Assembly (NCBI GenBank): GCA_010671905.1
Contig: JAAHII010000001.1
Location: 6,098,026 to 6,162,025 of the forward strand
Origin: Leptolyngbya sp. SIOISBB
GTDB lineage: Bacteria; Cyanobacteriota; Cyanobacteriia; Phormidesmidales; Phormidesmidaceae
Direction: 5' to 3'
DNA length: 64,000 nt
Position numbers and translations under genes: made by a program. Below the pieces are notes generated by a model. It made no database searches. It was given only the letters and a program-made list of their open reading frames with translations, and was not told where the DNA came from. Positions 59,317 to 64,000 of the stretch are shown piece after piece (position 1 is the stretch's first letter; the number at the start of each line of letters is the position of its first letter).

Positions 59317-61002
59317 TTACCGATTAGACAACTGCGATGGCGTTGTTCGCCAGAGTTCTTCAAGTTTGTTAGCAGGAATCGTGAGATACAAGACGTCTTG
59401 GTTGCTGAGCTTGTGAGATAGGAGGTCAAAACCGTGGAGGGCGCCCTGAGGGGTTTGAATATAAAGCGGCACCAGGTCAGCCTCTTGGGCAATCTCGGCA
59501 ATCTGCTTGCCAAAAAAAGTATGCCCAGGGGTGATTAGGGTGCCGAGAGCCACCCATAGACTGTGGCCTGTGATGCCGCTACCCAGCACTTGCCCCCCCA
59601 AAGCCGCTGCGGCAAAAGACGGCGCTGCCAACTCAGTCGGGCTCATCACCTGCTCAAATTCGAAAACTTGCTTTACCTGACGAGCAAAGTCAGCATCTTG
59701 ATTGCGAACAACAATGGGTAACTGGTGGGCCAGGCTTTTGGCCGCCAACGCAATTTCGAGATTGTTGGTGTCATGACTGGTGACGGCCAACAGTCCTGAG
59801 GCGGCGGCAATGCGCGCCTCGTTGAGGGTGTCAGGTAGGCTAGCATCCGCTAAAACAACAGGGATTTTCATTGCCCGAGCACTATTGACAAAGCGGCCCT
59901 GAGGATCGCGTTCGATCGCGACGACATCATAGCCACCGAGTTTAAGTTGTCGGGCAATTTGCAACCCCACCCCCCCCAATCCACAAACGATGTAGTGATT
60001 GCGTTGGGGCAACTGCACCGCATTCCAGACTTGATGAAAATGACTGCCTAACACGAGATCATTCAGTAGGGCATAAAAGACGCCAATCACCCCAGCCCCG
60101 ACCAGCATCATGATGGCAGTAAACACTTTGATCGCGACGGGGGCCTGTTCCGCCACTTCTTCGTGTCCGCCCGCCCCGGTCAACATGCCCACAGTGAAAT
60201 ACAAGGCGTCAGCAATTGCTACATCGAAACTCACACTGAGATAAATCAGTGTCGCAGCCGTAATCAGAAGAAATAGCACTAGCGTAATCGCCAGCGCGGC
60301 CTGACTCTGCCGCCGAAATTGCGTTAATCCGGCTAAAAAGCTGCGCATGCGCCGTTCCCAAGTGAGTCGCTGCATGCGGCCTAGAGAAGGCCGGGTGGCA
60401 ATAATGAGGCGATCGCCTTCCGATAGCTTGTGGTCTTGCAACACTGCTGACACTAGGTCAATTTTTTGCTGAGCCGCTTGGTAATACACCAGCATGCGAT
60501 CGCGATTTTCCCACAAATGTCTTAGCAGTGCTCCATTCCAGGGGTGATTTGCATCAATGTGCTCTTCATACATGGGCCAGTTGCGCCCCATCAGGTCAAT
60601 CTGACCAATCGCCGTATTCCCCAGAGCGGCAAATGCAAAAATGGGACCAGACAGCGCCGATACGCTCATCGAGACATGATAAGAGAGCGTTTGGTCGAGC
60701 CGACTGCCTAAACGGGTATTCAGCAGCCGATTGATCACGCGAATGCGGGGATTGAGTACCCTGGCCTGGGTCAAAACAGCCAGATTGAGAGCATCGTCTG
60801 AAACCATGAGTAGAAGCGCTGATGCCTCATGGATACCAGCCTGAATCAGCACTTCTGGCGATCGCAGATCACCGACAATCACATTCTCTTCATCAATGGG
60901 ATGATTGCTAATGCCGACAACCTGGACACCCTGACGCTGCAATAGCGAAAAGACTCGATGACCTGTATTTCCTAACCCACAAACGATTATTTTCGGCTTC
61001 AT
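59317..61002 (-). CDS. Potassium channel protein with two RCK/TrkA-N domains
   Basis: IIVCGLGNTGHRV and IVCGLGGVGLQIA Rossmann motifs flank a membrane pore region (FTVGMLTGAGG). Confidence 0.75.
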   Translation of the reverse strand: MKPKIIVCGLGNTGHRVFSLLQRQGVQVVGISNHPIDEENVIVGDLRSPEVLIQAGIHEASALLLMVSDDALNLAVLTQARVLNPRIRVINRLLNTRLGSRLDQTLSYHVSMSVSALSGPIFAFAALGNTAIGQIDLMGRNWPMYEEHIDANHPWNGALLRHLWENRDRMLVYYQAAQQKIDLVSAVLQDHKLSEGDRLIIATRPSLGRMQRLTWERRMRSFLAGLTQFRRQSQAALAITLVLFLLITAATLIYLSVSFDVAIADALYFTVGMLTGAGGHEEVAEQAPVAIKVFTAIMMLVGAGVIGVFYALLNDLVLGSHFHQVWNAVQLPQRNHYIVCGLGGVGLQIARQLKLGGYDVVAIERDPQGRFVNSARAMKIPVVLADASLPDTLNEARIAAASGLLAVTSHDTNNLEIALAAKSLAHQLPIVVRNQDADFARQVKQVFEFEQVMSPTELAAPSFAAAALGGQVLGSGITGHSLWVALGTLITPGHTFFGKQIAEIAQEADLVPLYIQTPQGALHGFDLLSHKLSNQDVLYLTIPANKLEELWRTTPSQLSNR

Positions 61003-61467
61003 TTAGTTAGTTATGGAGCACATGAGGCATGAATCCACTCATCAGCTTTTGACTCCTGCTTATAGTGTCTAGGGCTAATTCAAAAGTGTTGTAGTTTGAG
61101 ATACACCTGTACTTTTATTTAACAGCTTCGATGAGCGGCTATGTCGTCCTGGGCGATCGCCGTCCATTTGGCGGAAACGGTGATGTTCTAGACCTGTGTA
61201 TTGAGGCAAGATGAACATTGGCCTCTATCTGAATCATTATCCATGGTTCTAGAACCCGTCTGTTGTCCGCACTGCCAAACTAGAGAGGGAGTCAAAAACC
61301 TGCGTTTTTGGGGCACCTCCGAAAAAGTGGCATCTTATCGACTAGTTGTCCCGCGCCGCTACCACTCCACACTTAAATGACCAAAATTTTTCCGCTGCTA
61401 AAACTCAGCCAAAACAGGGTGCGGTGGGGTAGGCTAGCGACTGTCAGCACCCATCTCAGGCAAATTT

Positions 61468-62343
61468 ATGACCACGCCATCCGACTACACCCCGCCTAAA
61501 GTTTGGCAATGGGATGCCGAAAACGGCGGCACCTGGGCCAAACTCAACCGCCCCATTGCGGGTGCTACCCACGAGCAAGAACTTCCGGTCGGGCAGCATC
61601 CCTTACAGCTCTATTCCTTTGCCACCCCGAATGGCCAAAAAGTCACCATCCTGCTAGAAGAACTATTAGCCCTGGGCATCACGGCAGCGGAGTATGACGC
61701 TTACCCCATTCGCATCAATCAGGGTGATCAGTTTGGCAGTGGCTTTGTTGCAGTTAATCCAAATTCCAAAATTCCGGCCTTAGTCGATCGCAGCACCACT
61801 CCCCCCACCCGTGTGTTCGAATCAGGGGCGATTTTGCTATATCTAGCTGAAAAATTTGGGGCGCTGCTACCTCAGGATCCTTCACAGCGGGCGGAATGTT
61901 TGTCTTGGCTGTTTTGGCAGATGGGCTCAGCGCCTTATGTGGGTGGCGGATTTGGCCATTTTTACCATTACGCACCGATGAAGTTGGAGTATCCCATCAA
62001 CCGCTTCACCATGGAGACTAAACGCCAACTCGACGTGCTCGATCGCCAATTAGCTGATCATCCCTACATCTGTGGTGATGACTACACGATCGCGGATATC
62101 GCCATTTGGCCCTGGTACGGTGGGCTCGTTTTGGGCCGCTCATATGACGCTGCAGAATTCCTTGATGTGCAGTCTTACAAACATGTGACAAAGTGGGCAC
62201 AAGCGATCGATGCTCGCCCGGCTGTTAAGCGTGGACGCATGGTCAACCGGACCTGGGGGCCGCTAGCAGAGCAACTGCATGAACGCCATGCCGCCACTGA
62301 CTTTGACACCCGCACCCAAGACAAACTGGCAGCAGCACCGTAA
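61468..62343 (+). CDS. yghU: Glutathione S-transferase, YghU (Nu-class) type
   Basis: YTPPKVWQWD, HPLQLYSFATPNGQKVTILLEE and VNPNSKIPALVD closely resemble YghU. Confidence 0.85.
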   Translation: MTTPSDYTPPKVWQWDAENGGTWAKLNRPIAGATHEQELPVGQHPLQLYSFATPNGQKVTILLEELLALGITAAEYDAYPIRINQGDQFGSGFVAVNPNSKIPALVDRSTTPPTRVFESGAILLYLAEKFGALLPQDPSQRAECLSWLFWQMGSAPYVGGGFGHFYHYAPMKLEYPINRFTMETKRQLDVLDRQLADHPYICGDDYTIADIAIWPWYGGLVLGRSYDAAEFLDVQSYKHVTKWAQAIDARPAVKRGRMVNRTWGPLAEQLHERHAATDFDTRTQDKLAAAP

Positions 62344-62413
62344 TCGCAGCAGCGCCAAGTTCACCTTTGAAGGTTGGCATACTTGGTATGGGTAATCGGC
62401 ATATCCCAAGGAG

Positions 62414-62842
62414 GTGAAAGCCTTGGCTGAACTGAAAACTCGCCCGAATGACAAGAGCGTTACTGAGTTTCTAGAAAGTCTCGACAATGAGAAACGCAAA
62501 GCCGATGCGTTTATCTTGCTGGATCTGTTTGAACGGGTCACCCAGCGATCGGCGGTGATGTGGGGCGACTCGATTGTCGGCTTTGGTAGCTATGAGTACA
62601 CCAATTCGATGGGGACATATACCTGGCTCATGACGGGTTTTGCACCGCGCAAGCAAAACTCCACGCTCTATGTCATGCAAGGCTTCAAAGACTATGCTGA
62701 AGATTTAAAGCGTTTAGGCAAAGTAAAAACTGCGAAGTCTTGTTTGTACATTACCCATCTGTCGAAGATTGATCTGAATGAACTGGAAACGTTCTTGACG
62801 AAGGTGGTGGCCGACATGGAAGCCAAATATTCCTGTCAGTAA
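62414..62842 (+). CDS. DUF1801 domain-containing protein (YdhG-like)
   Basis: KSVTEFLESLDNEKRKADAFILLDLF ... GFGSYEY pattern. Confidence 0.75.
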   Translation: MKALAELKTRPNDKSVTEFLESLDNEKRKADAFILLDLFERVTQRSAVMWGDSIVGFGSYEYTNSMGTYTWLMTGFAPRKQNSTLYVMQGFKDYAEDLKRLGKVKTAKSCLYITHLSKIDLNELETFLTKVVADMEAKYSCQ

Positions 62843-62931
62843 GGGCGTACTTCTATCGAACGATGCCCGAGAGCAAAGGGGACAGAATCCTACGGGTTCT
62901 TACTCAAACAGTCACTGCTCAACCGCAGACA

Positions 62932-63699
62932 TCACGGGCTAACGGCTAATGGCAAGGTGATTTGCAACTGGGTTCCTTCATCAGTCGCTGACACCACGGC
63001 TAACTGCCCTTGCATTCCCTTAATCATGGCCTGTACTAGACTCATTCGGAGGCTCGCGGACAGGGTGTCATCTAGCGTAAATTCCGACGGAGGTGGTAAC
63101 TCAACCGGTTCCTGCCAAGGTGTGGTCGAGCGATCATCTGTCAGCCAGATGGCGTAAGTCGAGCCATCACGAGATAAGCCAGTGCTTATGTGCAGCGTGC
63201 CGAGATCGCCCCCTTCGATCGCCATCTCAATCAAATTTGTGAGCACGTTACGCAACCAGGCCGGATCGGCTTGGACTCTGGAATCGGCAGCCGACGGCTC
63301 AACGGTCAGGCGTAAGTTGCGATCGGCCACTTGGACTTGCGTGAGTTCTTTGACCTGCGTGAGCATCTCCGCCAAAGAAACTGACTGTAGCTGCGGTTGT
63401 AACCGTCCCATCTCAATTTTGGAGACGCGAATCATCAGGTCAAGGTATTCCAGCATCTTCATTGAGGCGGCGTAAGCATCGGTGACAAACTGACGCTCTT
63501 CTTCAATGTCGTCACAGAGTCCCTCGATGATCATTTGCTGCAGGCTGATAATTTTGTTGAGGGGAGATCGCAGCTCATGGGCCGTGCGCATCAAAAACCC
63601 CCCCTTGAAATTGGCCATTTCTACCGCGCGGCAGTAAGCCATCTGCCAGCCAACCTCAGTGCTTGCCCCTACTGCATCTGCAGAATTACGCTCCGACAT
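62932..63699 (-). CDS. Histidine kinase-like protein: H-box intact, ATP-binding boxes degenerate, no sensor domain
   Basis: The H-box FLMRTAHELRSPLN is present. Where G1/G2 boxes are expected the sequence reads IWLTDDRSTTPW and SASLRMSLVQ. Confidence 0.7.
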   Translation of the reverse strand: MSERNSADAVGASTEVGWQMAYCRAVEMANFKGGFLMRTAHELRSPLNKIISLQQMIIEGLCDDIEEERQFVTDAYAASMKMLEYLDLMIRVSKIEMGRLQPQLQSVSLAEMLTQVKELTQVQVADRNLRLTVEPSAADSRVQADPAWLRNVLTNLIEMAIEGGDLGTLHISTGLSRDGSTYAIWLTDDRSTTPWQEPVELPPPSEFTLDDTLSASLRMSLVQAMIKGMQGQLAVVSATDEGTQLQITLPLAVSP

Positions 63700-63904
63700 C
63701 CTAAAACATCCTCTGACTTCGGTATCAGCCTAAAGCCTGACTTAGGGAATCAGGCAAATTGAAGTGGGGCATCGTAAAAATTTAAACTCATTCGGTGAGT
63801 TAAACCGATGTCACTGATCTATGGGCAGTCAACAACTGCGGATCCAGTAGTTTGTGCTAACTCTCAATAGAGCAGTGTCTTCTGGCAAATATGGATCGAT
63901 AAAT

Positions 63905-63951
63905 CTTTGTTTCTGTTTAGGAGAGTCTGACTCTCCTAAACAGAAACAAAG
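63905..63951. repeat. Perfect 23-bp-arm inverted repeat
   Basis: ctttgtttctgtttaggagagtc t gactctcctaaacagaaacaaag, followed by aaaaaaa. Confidence 0.9.
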
Positions 63952-64000
63952 AAAAAAATCATAAAAGCTTCTTCCAAGTAGTAATGATTCATCTTCGAGG

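Noticed and set aside
61243-61380. 45-aa ORF starting MVLEPVCCPHCQTREGVKN, like the Zn-ribbon N-terminus of IS1-type transposases
   Set aside because: Only about 19 residues resemble the motif, and the rest (LRFWGTSEKVASYRLV...) does not. No inverted repeats or downstream transposase frame are visible. At best it is a tiny IS relic, and I cannot substantiate it.

Overview
This 64-kb window reads as an ordinary chromosomal segment of a cyanobacterium; the exact taxon cannot be determined by eye. The HIP1 octamer GCGATCGC recurs many tens of times. The genes include ycf3, an HLIP, a plant-type [2Fe-2S] ferredoxin, a CpcS-type bilin lyase, ictB, a TIC21-like DUF3611 protein and a 1732-aa TamB/TIC236-like protein. 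About 57 protein-coding genes are supportable. Most are housekeeping (hemB, gatC, uppS, tldD, trpD, nadA, recQ, hisA, truB). The rest are mainly transport and metal genes: a partial CusA-like RND pump, feoA-feoB-feoC, a CDF exporter, an RCK K+ channel and a multicopper oxidase. I found no rRNA, tRNA or CRISPR array by eye. Accessory or unusual content: (i) one IS5-family element sits exactly on the gatC stop codon and has a damaged transposase. (ii) At least five CTAG-bounded MITE loci have ends matching that IS, and three of them fill consecutive intergenic spacers around nadA and a GT2 gene. (iii) A second, unrelated family of long hairpin repeats lies at gene 3' ends (three copies). (iv) There are heptamer and 14-mer tandem repeats and G-tract or C-tract blocks. 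(v) Three reading-frame breaks all fall at homopolymer runs: a split HTH-NB-ARC-TPR STAND NTPase, a secreted-protein gene and the transposase. (vi) An AT-rich, ORF-poor islet surrounds the multicopper oxidase. (vii) A 15-nt motif is shared by the upstream regions of a TetR gene and the adjacent peroxiredoxin-like gene. I could not identify a convincing new multi-gene system; nothing resembles a defence island, biosynthetic cluster or secretion locus. The leads I would follow first are in findings. All product calls rest on motif recognition in the supplied translations and on reading the DNA, not on database searches.
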